A DNA stretch of 50,740 bases from a virus. Taxonomy: Duplodnaviria; Caudoviricetes. The notes under the pieces were generated by a model. That model ran no database searches and had not been told where the DNA came from. It saw only the letters and a list, made by a program, of their open reading frames with translations. The stretch covers positions 1-50,740 of IMG/VR virus record IMGVR_UViG_3300036045_000015; one strand, given 5' to 3'. Position numbers and translations under genes: made by a program. Positions 38,545-46,883 of the stretch are shown here, one piece after another (positions within the stretch are counted from its first letter, which is position 1; each line of letters begins with the position of its first letter).

Positions 38545-39771
38545 ATGAACCAAATTGCGCCACTTCGTCAAGTCGAATGGCAAGCAACAAAGAAACTTAC
38601 AGAAGATCAATGGCGGGCAGAAATACTTGGTAAACGCCCTAATCGTCGGGCAGCTGCAAAGCTGTTAACAGAGCGCGTCAATGTAACGCTGCTCGAATGG
38701 ATGGCATTTGCCGCCTTAGTTGTATTGACAATTTTTACATCGCTAAAGGTGTTCACTGCGACGGTGCCGATTGCAACTACGCTTGCGGAAAGTCTGGCGC
38801 AAACAACGGCAATTAACAATTGGGTGATGACGCTGTTTATTGGCAGTGCGGGCATGACATCAGTTATGTTGGCGACCCCCGCCTTGATTTATTTTAAGGT
38901 TATGGACGCGACGGATAAGCGGTTTATCAATAAACCGCAATTGATCGTCATTGGTAGCGAATATAATCGTATGGGGCGCATCACTCGCACTATTGCTAAT
39001 TTTGTCAATCTGAATGTCATCAGTTACTATTTTCCGGCATTGTTGGTATACGCCATTTCAGGGTATTTACTCTATGTCAGTTTGCATGGCGATTATCAGA
39101 ACGAGTTTGATAAGCTAATTCTCGTTATCGCGGTTATTGCCGAAATCGCGCTTGCATACTTGGTCAGCGACATTTTGGAGAAATACCAACGCCGTGCAGG
39201 TTTAGTCACTGAAAAATTAGACCTGATGATCGAAAAATGGGAAACACGCGAAAAGGGGATGGCAGCAGATAACGAGTATCTTGCACTTCTTTACCAAAAC
39301 ATTTTCACTGCTTTACTCGAAGTTCGGCGCGATATTCGAGACAAGCAAGTACGAAAAAATGTACGAGTAAATGCGTGGCTTGAAATTGAAACCCCAGAAA
39401 TTAGAGAAGCAGCCGTTAAAGACGAATACCGCCGCCATGCTGTGGGGTCGCAAAATTTTACGCAATTTGTCATCGGGGGGATGAACCCCCCACTGAATGA
39501 AAAAGTTGAGGCAATTGCATATGCTGTAACACCTACGGGCGCTGCCCCCGTTGTGACAGAGGAACTACCCACAAAACGCCCTACTCCAACTGGGGGCTGG
39601 ACGGTTGAAAGTTTAGCCTTAGATATGGTTCGGAGCGGCACGTTCAAATATATTCAAGAGCATCCGCATTCCCGGACGCCATATCATGCAATCAGCAAAG
39701 TTTACGAAAATGTAGGTCGAGGTGAGTTTCGCACTGAAGCCCTAAAGCGGGCAAGTGAGCTATCTCGTTAA
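38545..39771 (+). CDS. Multi-pass membrane protein (about 4 TM) with a cytoplasmic C-terminal domain
   Basis: Four hydrophobic segments; AGGAG RBS; own promoter. Confidence 0.75.
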   Translation: MNQIAPLRQVEWQATKKLTEDQWRAEILGKRPNRRAAAKLLTERVNVTLLEWMAFAALVVLTIFTSLKVFTATVPIATTLAESLAQTTAINNWVMTLFIGSAGMTSVMLATPALIYFKVMDATDKRFINKPQLIVIGSEYNRMGRITRTIANFVNLNVISYYFPALLVYAISGYLLYVSLHGDYQNEFDKLILVIAVIAEIALAYLVSDILEKYQRRAGLVTEKLDLMIEKWETREKGMAADNEYLALLYQNIFTALLEVRRDIRDKQVRKNVRVNAWLEIETPEIREAAVKDEYRRHAVGSQNFTQFVIGGMNPPLNEKVEAIAYAVTPTGAAPVVTEELPTKRPTPTGGWTVESLALDMVRSGTFKYIQEHPHSRTPYHAISKVYENVGRGEFRTEALKRASELSR

Positions 39772-39786
39772 ACATAAAGATTTATA

Positions 39787-39866
39787 AGTTGCAACTAGCA
39801 TTTTTTACCGGAGAAATTAAGCACTTTATTTGAAAAATTTCTTCTTTCAAAATGCTAGTTGCAACT
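39787..39866. repeat. 18-bp perfect inverted repeat AGTTGCAACTAGCATTTT; each arm contains the palindrome AGTTGCAACT
   Basis: 39787-39804 vs 39849-39866. Confidence 0.9.
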
Positions 39867-39927
39867 AACAATTGAAAATAAACGATAAAATTCAAGACTT
39901 TTTGGTTTACTACTTAAAATATCGAGG

Positions 39928-40368
39928 ATGATTATGGTCGTATCTTTACTATTTGGTGTCTTTATCGGCTGGCTGTCGCTATTATGCGTAACTATTGCCT
40001 TTAGCCGTTATAGAAACAAATTATCAAAAGCGCTGAGGATTGACCCGTTTGGCAGCAGCTACATTTATTTTTGGCAATCCGTTAAAGACCCCCTATCTGT
40101 TAAAATTGGGCGAACCAATAATCTTATACGACGTATGGACACCTTCCAAACCGCACAAGCTGAACCTATCCGCTTATTATGTGCTATAGAGGTGAAAGAT
40201 AACCGTTATTCAGAGAAATGGCTTCACGATTGTTTTGAAAACAGTCGGGTACGGCGCGACGGAGAATGGTTCTACCTAACCCCCAAACTTGCAATACTGA
40301 TGTGGGCGATACGAGATAGCGAGTTAACAGAGCGCGTTAGACGGCACATCAACGAAACAGGCAGTTGA
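39928..40368 (+). CDS. T5orf172/MUG113-like GIY-YIG nuclease with an N-terminal TM helix
   Basis: YIYF...VKIGRT...R...FQT...E..LH..F...RV..GEWF.L pattern. Confidence 0.8.
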   Translation: MIMVVSLLFGVFIGWLSLLCVTIAFSRYRNKLSKALRIDPFGSSYIYFWQSVKDPLSVKIGRTNNLIRRMDTFQTAQAEPIRLLCAIEVKDNRYSEKWLHDCFENSRVRRDGEWFYLTPKLAILMWAIRDSELTERVRRHINETGS

Positions 40369-40394
40369 CATTGACCAACGTGATATGGTATGAT
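40365..40394 (+). promoter_or_regulatory. Promoter TTGACA-18-TATGAT
   Basis: Near consensus; the -35 box contains a stop codon. Confidence 0.7.
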
Positions 40395-40465
40395 CCCCTT
40401 GATGACAAAAACAAAGCCGCTATTTGCATATGCGTTGAAATAATAAAATCTTGAAGGATAGAACG

Positions 40466-40753
40466 ATGAACAAACAAACCGTAATTCCGCATACTGACAA
40501 ATGTGAATGCGCCCACTGCGCCCTTAAAAACGACGCGCCAAACATAATTCGCAGCAGCATTAGTTTTCGAAAGTCATCCTTAGTTGCTCTACACGAGGTC
40601 GTGGCTCTTGAAAAAATTAATAACCAATGGTTCGTGTTTGTCGAAATTCGTTGGACACACGATAACGGCATGAAAGAAACAGCAGACCGGATTTACAAAT
40701 TAGCGGAGTGGCGTGAATTAGTGGAAGCGGGGTTGAACGCCTCGAAGCAATGA
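40466..40753 (+). CDS. Hypothetical protein (HxxxCxCxxC motif)
   Basis: ATG after AAGGA. Confidence 0.65.
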   Translation: MNKQTVIPHTDKCECAHCALKNDAPNIIRSSISFRKSSLVALHEVVALEKINNQWFVFVEIRWTHDNGMKETADRIYKLAEWRELVEAGLNASKQ

Positions 40754-40813
40754 GGACGCGCCTAACCCCGCCCCATTTGTTTTAGCTTAGCTATTTGCAT
40801 ATAGGATAAAATC

Positions 40814-41299
40814 ATGAACCACCATACTCTATTAAACCAAATTCGCACGAAACGGACTGCTGCTGCTGCTAACCCGTATCAGACAAACAAAATGGCGATT
40901 GCTGTTCATCCGCACCCTGAAAGGCTGCGCAGACCGCTGCCGATACTACCAGATAACCACCAAACTCATGAAACAATTCGTGAACTGTTCAATCGTCGGG
41001 CAGAAATTGCCTTTAGGCTCAATACCAAAAAATCAACCCCCGCAGATGAGATGGATTATGAAAAATTAACGGAAAAAATGGCGAAACTTGTGGCGCATAA
41101 TAGGGGCTACCAATTGGAAGATATGGACGAAAATAAAGCAAAAGGAATTTTTGCGTCTGTCGGGGATCGGGGCAAAACTCCTGAACTTGCCGCCGTAATT
41201 GCAAACTATGTCTGGGTATTGGATGAGCTATCTGATACGTGGTTCGGCGAGGACGAATTAACTGATACTTTGCTTGATGACGACGAAGTGGATATTTAG
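40814..41299 (+). CDS. Hypothetical protein with an acidic tail
   Basis: AGGA RBS, ORF. Confidence 0.7.
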   Translation: MNHHTLLNQIRTKRTAAAANPYQTNKMAIAVHPHPERLRRPLPILPDNHQTHETIRELFNRRAEIAFRLNTKKSTPADEMDYEKLTEKMAKLVAHNRGYQLEDMDENKAKGIFASVGDRGKTPELAAVIANYVWVLDELSDTWFGEDELTDTLLDDDEVDI

Positions 41300-41544
41300 C
41301 CACAGAATAAATGGCGTTGTGTTTTACGATAATTATGACACGACGCCATTTATTTTTTATATTCAGCAAAAAAAACAAAATCTTATATAGAATATTTATA
41401 CGCCCCTTACTTAGCTTCTATAGTAATTTTTCCCCCGTAATAAAAGTTCCTAATTATATATACAATATATTCCAACCTCGAAATTCGACATAACTTTCGA
41501 AGGTCTTTTCAAAACTGCGCATCACGCATGGCGCACAATAACCG

Positions 41545-41634
41545 CGAATAAATGTCAAGCGAATAAACGCGGTACGAATATACGTCAGGCAAATAAATGT
41601 GGCACAAATAAATGTGATACGAATAAAAATAAAT
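41545..41634 (+). repeat. Six degenerate 15-bp-period repeats, consensus C(G/A)AATAAAYGT
   Basis: Units start at 41545, 41560, 41575, 41590, 41605 and 41620. Confidence 0.8.
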
Positions 41635-41724
41635 TTGTGAATTTTGCGTAAATTGCTCTTGACACGAATTTGCTTTTCGAATTATGATGAGGACATCACA
41701 TGAAAATTTCAACTCACTGAGAGG
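41633..41724 (+). promoter_or_regulatory. Early promoter cassette 1: TTGCGTAAATT box, TTGACA-18-TATGAT, AACTCACTGAGAGG
   Basis: Elements shared with 42663-42713 and 43020-43120. Confidence 0.75.
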
Positions 41725-41734
41725 CAGCACAAAA

Positions 41735-41953
41735 ATGACAACACTAGAGAAAACCATTCTGGCGACAATTGGCACAATCAAGATGACCAATGCAGAGGGA
41801 ACATGGGTAGTAAACGAAGACTATGAGCGCGAACTTGCAAAGTTTATCGCGGGCTACGTTGATATGAAAGATGTCCTGAACAAATCAAAAGAATTCAAAC
41901 AGGCGGTGAACTACGCTCGTACCGCTTTAGCTCCCGCGTTCGTTTTGGTGTAG
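41735..41953 (+). CDS. Small hypothetical early protein
   Basis: ATG after GAGG. Confidence 0.65.
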   Translation: MTTLEKTILATIGTIKMTNAEGTWVVNEDYERELAKFIAGYVDMKDVLNKSKEFKQAVNYARTALAPAFVLV

Positions 41954-41955
41954 CT

Positions 41956-42423
41956 ATGTTAAAACAAAATTATCTGCGCCTAATTCAACTAGCAAAAAAA
42001 TCATACGTGCTAGGCACAATCGGCGAACATTTTGCCATGCTGCAATTAAATGTATACGGTCAATTAAAAACAACGCATATCGCCACAAACAGGGAAAAAC
42101 TAGGCGATATTCGTTTAGCGGGCACTGACATCACGATTGAAATCAAGACGGCACGATTGGCTAAGGACGGGCGCTGGACATTCACAATCTATAAAAAGGG
42201 GTCACAATCGTGCCATAACGCTGATTACGTACTGCTCCAATGCTTTAATGACGAGGGTTTGGCGCAACTCTACTTAATCCCAAGAGAAGCGGTTGGAACA
42301 GCACACACGATTAAAATCACTCGTAGCTACATGGGAAAATATGCCGTGTACAAGACCAGCTATGCAGCAGCCGCTAACTATTTGAAAAACATGCACCTAA
42401 CAGACGAAAGGAAAACAGCATGA
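41956..42423 (+). CDS. Restriction-endonuclease-fold (PD-(D/E)XK) protein
   Basis: G.IGE...GDI....IEIKTA...W.F...D......LYLIP pattern. Confidence 0.6.
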   Translation: MLKQNYLRLIQLAKKSYVLGTIGEHFAMLQLNVYGQLKTTHIATNREKLGDIRLAGTDITIEIKTARLAKDGRWTFTIYKKGSQSCHNADYVLLQCFNDEGLAQLYLIPREAVGTAHTIKITRSYMGKYAVYKTSYAAAANYLKNMHLTDERKTA

Positions 42424-42665
42424 ACCAAATCGAAATGATCAATCACGAATATCGTACCGAAACATTTCTGATGCTCGCAAAGAGTTACAATGTCCATATC
42501 GAAAGTGACGTGGTACTTGTAGTTGTGTCGGATAAAAATCAGCCAAACACATTCTCGATTAAGTCCTACAAATCACTTGGACATGCAATTCGCTTTTTTA
42601 ATCGTATGAAGCGCGAGGGCTGCCACGTCGGTTTAATTGGTAAGGGCATAATCATGCAATTCTGA
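42420..42665 (+). CDS. Hypothetical protein
   Basis: ATGA overlap, AAGGA RBS. Confidence 0.65.
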   Translation: MNQIEMINHEYRTETFLMLAKSYNVHIESDVVLVVVSDKNQPNTFSIKSYKSLGHAIRFFNRMKREGCHVGLIGKGIIMQF

Positions 42666-42776
42666 ATTTTGCGTAAATTCATATTGACAAGTGCCCCCAT
42701 CTTGATATACGCTAACGACATCGTACAAATGCAAATTCAAAAAACACACTCTAAGAGAGAGAGAGAAAGAAACACA

Positions 42777-43019
42777 ATGGAAATTATCGTTCGCACTAAC
42801 AGCTATAGCCTTGAAGATTTGCGCAGCGAGGTTGAAGACCTGCTTAACGAAGCGCTAGGGGCTGATGACAGCTTCGTATATTTGTCGCATTTTGAAAATG
42901 ATGACGAAGCGAAACAATTTTTGTCCGCCGCCTGCACTATGTTGACAGTGCTGGAAAGCCAGCCCGACAAGCAAGGTGAATTGGCAGCGGCAATTCTCAA
43001 GGTAATCGGAGAGGAATAG
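42777..43019 (+). CDS. Small acidic hypothetical protein
   Basis: ATG 42777 after a purine tract; promoter TTGACA-18-TACGCT at 42684-42713. Confidence 0.65.
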   Translation: MEIIVRTNSYSLEDLRSEVEDLLNEALGADDSFVYLSHFENDDEAKQFLSAACTMLTVLESQPDKQGELAAAILKVIGEE

Positions 43020-43041
43020 AATTTACGCAATTTTCACAAAT

Positions 43042-43091
43042 CACTCATCATAGGTCTTGACACAATGTACCATTATGACCTATGATGAGTG
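43042..43091. promoter_or_regulatory. 15-bp perfect inverted repeat CACTCATCATAGGTC enclosing promoter TTGACA-18-TATGAT
   Basis: Arms 43042-43056 and 43077-43091; -35 at 43057, -10 at 43081 inside the right arm. Confidence 0.85.
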
Positions 43092-43131
43092 TGTAAGACG
43101 AAATTTTAACTCACTGAGAGGATAAACACCG

Positions 43132-43518
43132 ATGAAACCGTATGTCGCCAAAACCAAAATTGATGTTTATGACGCCGATGGAAATTATCTTGATTTGTCA
43201 ATTTTAGAAATTGATGAGCAATCGGTTGTTTTGGTCGCACATGGCACACCGCAAGGTTTTATCGTAGACGGTGAAAATAATGTTTACACTGCTATGGAAT
43301 TGAACGCCATTGTACGTCACTATTATCCGCAAGTAAACGAAATCGGTTTAATCGCCTGTCATCCGGCAAACGTTGCTGCCCGTAACCTTGATTTAGCAAC
43401 GTGGGATATTGAAATCTTTGGCGATTGGTCTGATGAAACCATGCTTGAAATTGATACATATGAGGATAAAAGCGTTCGCTTTAATTTTTACCCAGTAGCG
43501 CCAGAACACACTATTTAG
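43132..43518 (+). CDS. Putative minimal clan CD (caspase/C80-like) cysteine peptidase
   Basis: VVLVAHG...IGLIAC His/Cys dyad pattern. Confidence 0.5.
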   Translation: MKPYVAKTKIDVYDADGNYLDLSILEIDEQSVVLVAHGTPQGFIVDGENNVYTAMELNAIVRHYYPQVNEIGLIACHPANVAARNLDLATWDIEIFGDWSDETMLEIDTYEDKSVRFNFYPVAPEHTI

Positions 43519-43554
43519 GTAATCGTATAACGCAAAAGCGTAGGGAGCAACATC

Positions 43555-43968
43555 ATGAACACTATGAACATTGATAGAGTAGCAAATGACGCAGCAAAGA
43601 GCGGCGTTCGGTTCGCGGGAATTGGTGGACAAACGCACAAAGTCGAAATCTATGTGCCTAGCACTTTCGGGGCAAAAGCACTAGAGCCAGATGCGCACGA
43701 ATTCTTGGTTACACGCACTATGCAGCAGTTTTTCGACTTGTTTGGTAATGCTATTCGAGTTTTCGCTACCGGACTAAATGCCGAAAACGAGAGCAACGGC
43801 GCTGAAAACATCAGCATCGTATCGGCGCACGTCCACACCAATGATTTGCCGAAATTGGCTGAGGTCTTTCAAATTGCTGCCATGCTCGCTTATTTTCTGA
43901 ACAAAGATGCGATTATGGTCGCCTATTCAAGTCAGGCGGGCAATCGCGCTTGGTTTGTTCAAGCTTAA
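43555..43968 (+). CDS. Hypothetical protein (DUF3574-like alpha/beta pattern)
   Basis: IYVPST...FG.A....G...E...IV......L.K.AI pattern. Confidence 0.55.
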   Translation: MNTMNIDRVANDAAKSGVRFAGIGGQTHKVEIYVPSTFGAKALEPDAHEFLVTRTMQQFFDLFGNAIRVFATGLNAENESNGAENISIVSAHVHTNDLPKLAEVFQIAAMLAYFLNKDAIMVAYSSQAGNRAWFVQA

Positions 43969-43977
43969 GGGGGCTAT

Positions 43978-44298
43978 ATGGATAACGAACAATACACTGT
44001 ACATGTCCTGTTTCGACGGTTAACGCTGGAAGATAATTCGCAAGTGTGGGCAATCTTTCCATTCGAATTGGCGGATATGTCTGGTAACGTCACCGTATTT
44101 GACACACACACATCACACGGGGCGGGTAATCTGGCGCATATGCTCGAAATCACACATCCGATTTCACCCGAAGATCATGAAAAGTTACCCGCGCTTAAAC
44201 GAACAATCCGCGAAATGGCACTAGGCTACGGCTATGTCATTAAGGAAGTTGACGAACATACGGCGCGGCTATCACGCTATTTTAGCTCTAACCGATAA
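43978..44298 (+). CDS. Hypothetical phage protein
   Basis: VLFRR...AIFP...HG...GY pattern; AGGGGG RBS. Confidence 0.65.
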   Translation: MDNEQYTVHVLFRRLTLEDNSQVWAIFPFELADMSGNVTVFDTHTSHGAGNLAHMLEITHPISPEDHEKLPALKRTIREMALGYGYVIKEVDEHTARLSRYFSSNR

Positions 44299-44325
44299 TA
44301 ACTGACAAACTAGGAGATAACGAAC

Positions 44326-44730
44326 ATGACAAAGTACAAAGCACAAATCAACCCACGTCAAGAAATGAAGGAAAAAACGATTGCGAAGGGGACTACCGCC
44401 CACGTAACGGCGAAAAATGTCAGTATTGGTGAACAGCCAGTTTCGATGATGTACGAAACGGTTATCCGCTATCATTGGACGGATATACTAACTGTCTATG
44501 CAAGCGATTTAACAAATGATGTCTATGTGCAAATTTGCACGAATGGTTGGCGGACTGCAACAACCAAACGCCGCATCAACGATATGCTGCGCATGATGGG
44601 GGTTAAAGCGTATATCTATCAGCAGCGCGGCGATTGGTATCTTGTCTACACCGACAGCGACGGCAAAAATCATGAGGAACGTTTCTTTGAGGCGTCGGGC
44701 GACATTATTGTCCAAAGTATTCGCCTCTAA
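44326..44730 (+). CDS. Hypothetical protein (GWxTxTTKxRxN motif), paralog 1
   Basis: AGGAG RBS; similarity to the next ORF. Confidence 0.75.
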   Translation: MTKYKAQINPRQEMKEKTIAKGTTAHVTAKNVSIGEQPVSMMYETVIRYHWTDILTVYASDLTNDVYVQICTNGWRTATTKRRINDMLRMMGVKAYIYQQRGDWYLVYTDSDGKNHEERFFEASGDIIVQSIRL

Positions 44731-44762
44731 CGAAAAATATCCTAAAGGCTGAGGTAAACCAC

Positions 44763-45170
44763 ATGACAAAATATTGTAAGCAAGTTAATCCGCGTCAAGC
44801 AATGAAGAAAACAACAATTGCGAACGCTACAACTGCCCGCGTCGAAAATTCAACACTGTATACGGAAAACGGCGGGGGGCAAATCTACAAAACCACGATT
44901 TGCTATCGTGGGCTGGACATTCTTATGGTTTGGACAAATACGAGTAATCTTGATGTGGTCGCAAGCATCCGTATCGGAGAACTGCGTACTAGTGCGCTAA
45001 AACGCCGCTTGAACGATATGTTTAACATGATGACGCTCAAGGCGCAGATTGTTGAACGTGATCATGAGTGGCGGCTAATCTATACGGCATGGAATGGAGA
45101 AGTCCGAAACATACCGATCCGAGAAACAACTGACATTTGTGTACAAGGGGCGAATGAAAATGAAGATTGA
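44763..45170 (+). CDS. Hypothetical protein, paralog 2
   Basis: GAGG RBS; MTKY..Q.NPRQ.MK..TIA..TTA.V shared with the previous ORF. Confidence 0.75.
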   Translation: MTKYCKQVNPRQAMKKTTIANATTARVENSTLYTENGGGQIYKTTICYRGLDILMVWTNTSNLDVVASIRIGELRTSALKRRLNDMFNMMTLKAQIVERDHEWRLIYTAWNGEVRNIPIRETTDICVQGANENED

Positions 45171-45714
45171 TGATTTGCACGTCGGGGATCGTATCGTTTG
45201 TAATCAGTTTGTGTATACGTCTTCAAATGGTAAAACGGGCAATTACGCAACTGGCACATTCTTCGAAATCGTGGACATCAACGCCGAAACAAACACTATT
45301 GACATTCTTGCACCGGACGGCTTACGCTGGAAAGTTTGGGCGAATAGCCAATATTTCATTACTGTTTCGGAAGCGCTAAATGAGCTAAGGGAGCAAAAGA
45401 GCATGATCAACGAAATTCCGGCAACTTTTAATGGTCGCGCTGTTATTCAAGGCGTTTGGGCTACTGTCAACCTCGCTACAGAACGCGCCTTACTGAATTA
45501 CGAACTACTGTCAGAGGATGAAATTGAGATGCAAAGTGAACGCGCTTATCCGCACCTCTACACACTTCACCCTGATGAAATTAGGGCGCTGTCTGCGGAC
45601 GATGCCTTAAACTTGCCTGATGATGAACTCGAAGCATTTGAAGCACTACAAAACTTTGCGCACCAACTGCCAGCATACATTCAATATTTGATGATCACTG
45701 TTACACGCCGATGA
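45154..45714 (+). CDS. Hypothetical protein (SH3/KOW-like N-terminus)
   Basis: DLHVGDRI motif; AGGGG RBS. Confidence 0.6.
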   Translation: MKMKIDDLHVGDRIVCNQFVYTSSNGKTGNYATGTFFEIVDINAETNTIDILAPDGLRWKVWANSQYFITVSEALNELREQKSMINEIPATFNGRAVIQGVWATVNLATERALLNYELLSEDEIEMQSERAYPHLYTLHPDEIRALSADDALNLPDDELEAFEALQNFAHQLPAYIQYLMITVTRR

Positions 45715-45887
45715 TTGAACTGCTGGTAATCCTAATCATTAGCGCGATAGAACCAATTGCAGGGGTAATGCTGTTTTTCGTCTTGTCATGGCTGCGCAAT
45801 ACTAATGGAGGGGGCAAAAGAAAAAAGACCAAACTAGGCTATTGGAATATGGGGCGCGGTAAGTCGCGTAATTGGTTTAGACGCTAA
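45711..45887 (+). CDS. 58-aa small membrane protein with a basic tail (not in the ORF track)
   Basis: ATGA overlap; MIELLVILIISAIEPIAGVMLFFVLSWLRNTNGGGKRKKTKLGYWNMGRGKSRNWFRR; terminator follows. Confidence 0.6.
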   Translation: MIELLVILIISAIEPIAGVMLFFVLSWLRNTNGGGKRKKTKLGYWNMGRGKSRNWFRR

Positions 45888-45894
45888 CTAATAG

Positions 45895-45927
45895 ATGAGA
45901 CAGCCAAAAAATGGTTGTCTCATTTTT
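45895..45927 (+). terminator. Intrinsic terminator
   Basis: ATGAGACAGCCA/TGGTTGTCTCAT plus T run. Confidence 0.85.
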
Positions 45928-46637
45928 ATTATTGATATACCATATGGGGTATAGGCAGCTAAGTTATCCCACATCCGTGTGGGATAATGTGTGATAACAA
46001 GGTTATGCTAAAAATAATGTTTTGACCCACTAAAAATAAATTTAGGCTGGTCTAAAAATTTCATAGAAACGGGCTACATTCTGTACAAAACACTACACCC
46101 TGTACATTATCGTACAAACGACATTCAGCCCAGTTGCATCCGAACCAAGCACCGAAAAAAACTACATTCGATGACCATACCGTTGGCACTTAGTAACAAG
46201 CCTACAGAATTATTTTACCCCAGCGTCAATCGGGCTGGCATACATACGAATGACATTTGCTTAAATCGCTAAAATAGGGCTTATTTCGCGAAATAAGGGC
46301 ATTTTTGTGATTAAGGTGTATTCATACATGTACTGCTGTAAAATCGAAAATTGTGCCTATAACATAGGCAAATTGTGGCGCTGTAGTATGTGTTGTGCTG
46401 CTGTGCATTGTAGTATGTGTGCTGATGTTAGTTTGTGTGCTGATGTTCGGGCTGTTGTTCGGATGAATAATGTTGTTTAGTATATTATCTTTTGATGTGA
46501 TATTTTTTGATATATTATGATTTATTTTATTCTGATGTGTGTTATTCGGATGATGTAATTAATTACAGCCCTTAACCCCCCACTAATAGATGCTCATGCA
46601 CCCGCTGGCGATCTTCCAATTTTCCAAAAAACAGTTC

Positions 46638-46760
46638 GTTTGTAAATTGTAACACTTGAATAAAAAGTGTTACTCCACTCCAAAATTGCAAAAAACATAA
46701 TATATAATGGGGATTTTGAAGCGATTAACACTTTTTATTCAAGTGTTACAATTTACAAAC
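46638..46760. repeat. 35-bp perfect inverted repeat with nested internal hairpins
   Basis: GTTTGTAAATTGTAACACTTGAATAAAAAGTGTTA (46638-46672) and its reverse complement at 46726-46760. Confidence 0.95.
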
Positions 46761-46796
46761 CTTTTCTTTTTGGCGCATTTTCACCGTATTTCGTGT

Positions 46797-46883
46797 ATTT
46801 CGTGAATAAAAGTTCTTAATCCACTCGAAACGTGTCGAAAAACTAGGGCATTTGGAGATTTCGTGAATAAAAGTTCTTAATCC
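46797..46883 (+). repeat. 26-bp direct repeat ATTTCGTGAATAAAAGTTCTTAATCC x2, 61-bp period
   Basis: 46797-46822 and 46858-46883. Confidence 0.92.

Noticed and set aside
46280-46297. Protelomerase target of a linear plasmid-phage
   Set aside because: The palindrome is short and no protelomerase, tyrosine recombinase or partition gene is evident
46690-46717. dif-like Xer site (minus strand ...TATATA-TTATGT...)
   Set aside because: Only the core resembles dif; the arms match poorly and the region is AT-rich, so chance is likely
46797-46883. Mini-CRISPR array (26-bp repeat, 35-bp spacer)
   Set aside because: Only two copies; the sequences after each copy resemble each other (GAAAAACTA), which indicates a 61-bp tandem duplication; no recognisable CRISPR repeat ends and no cas operon
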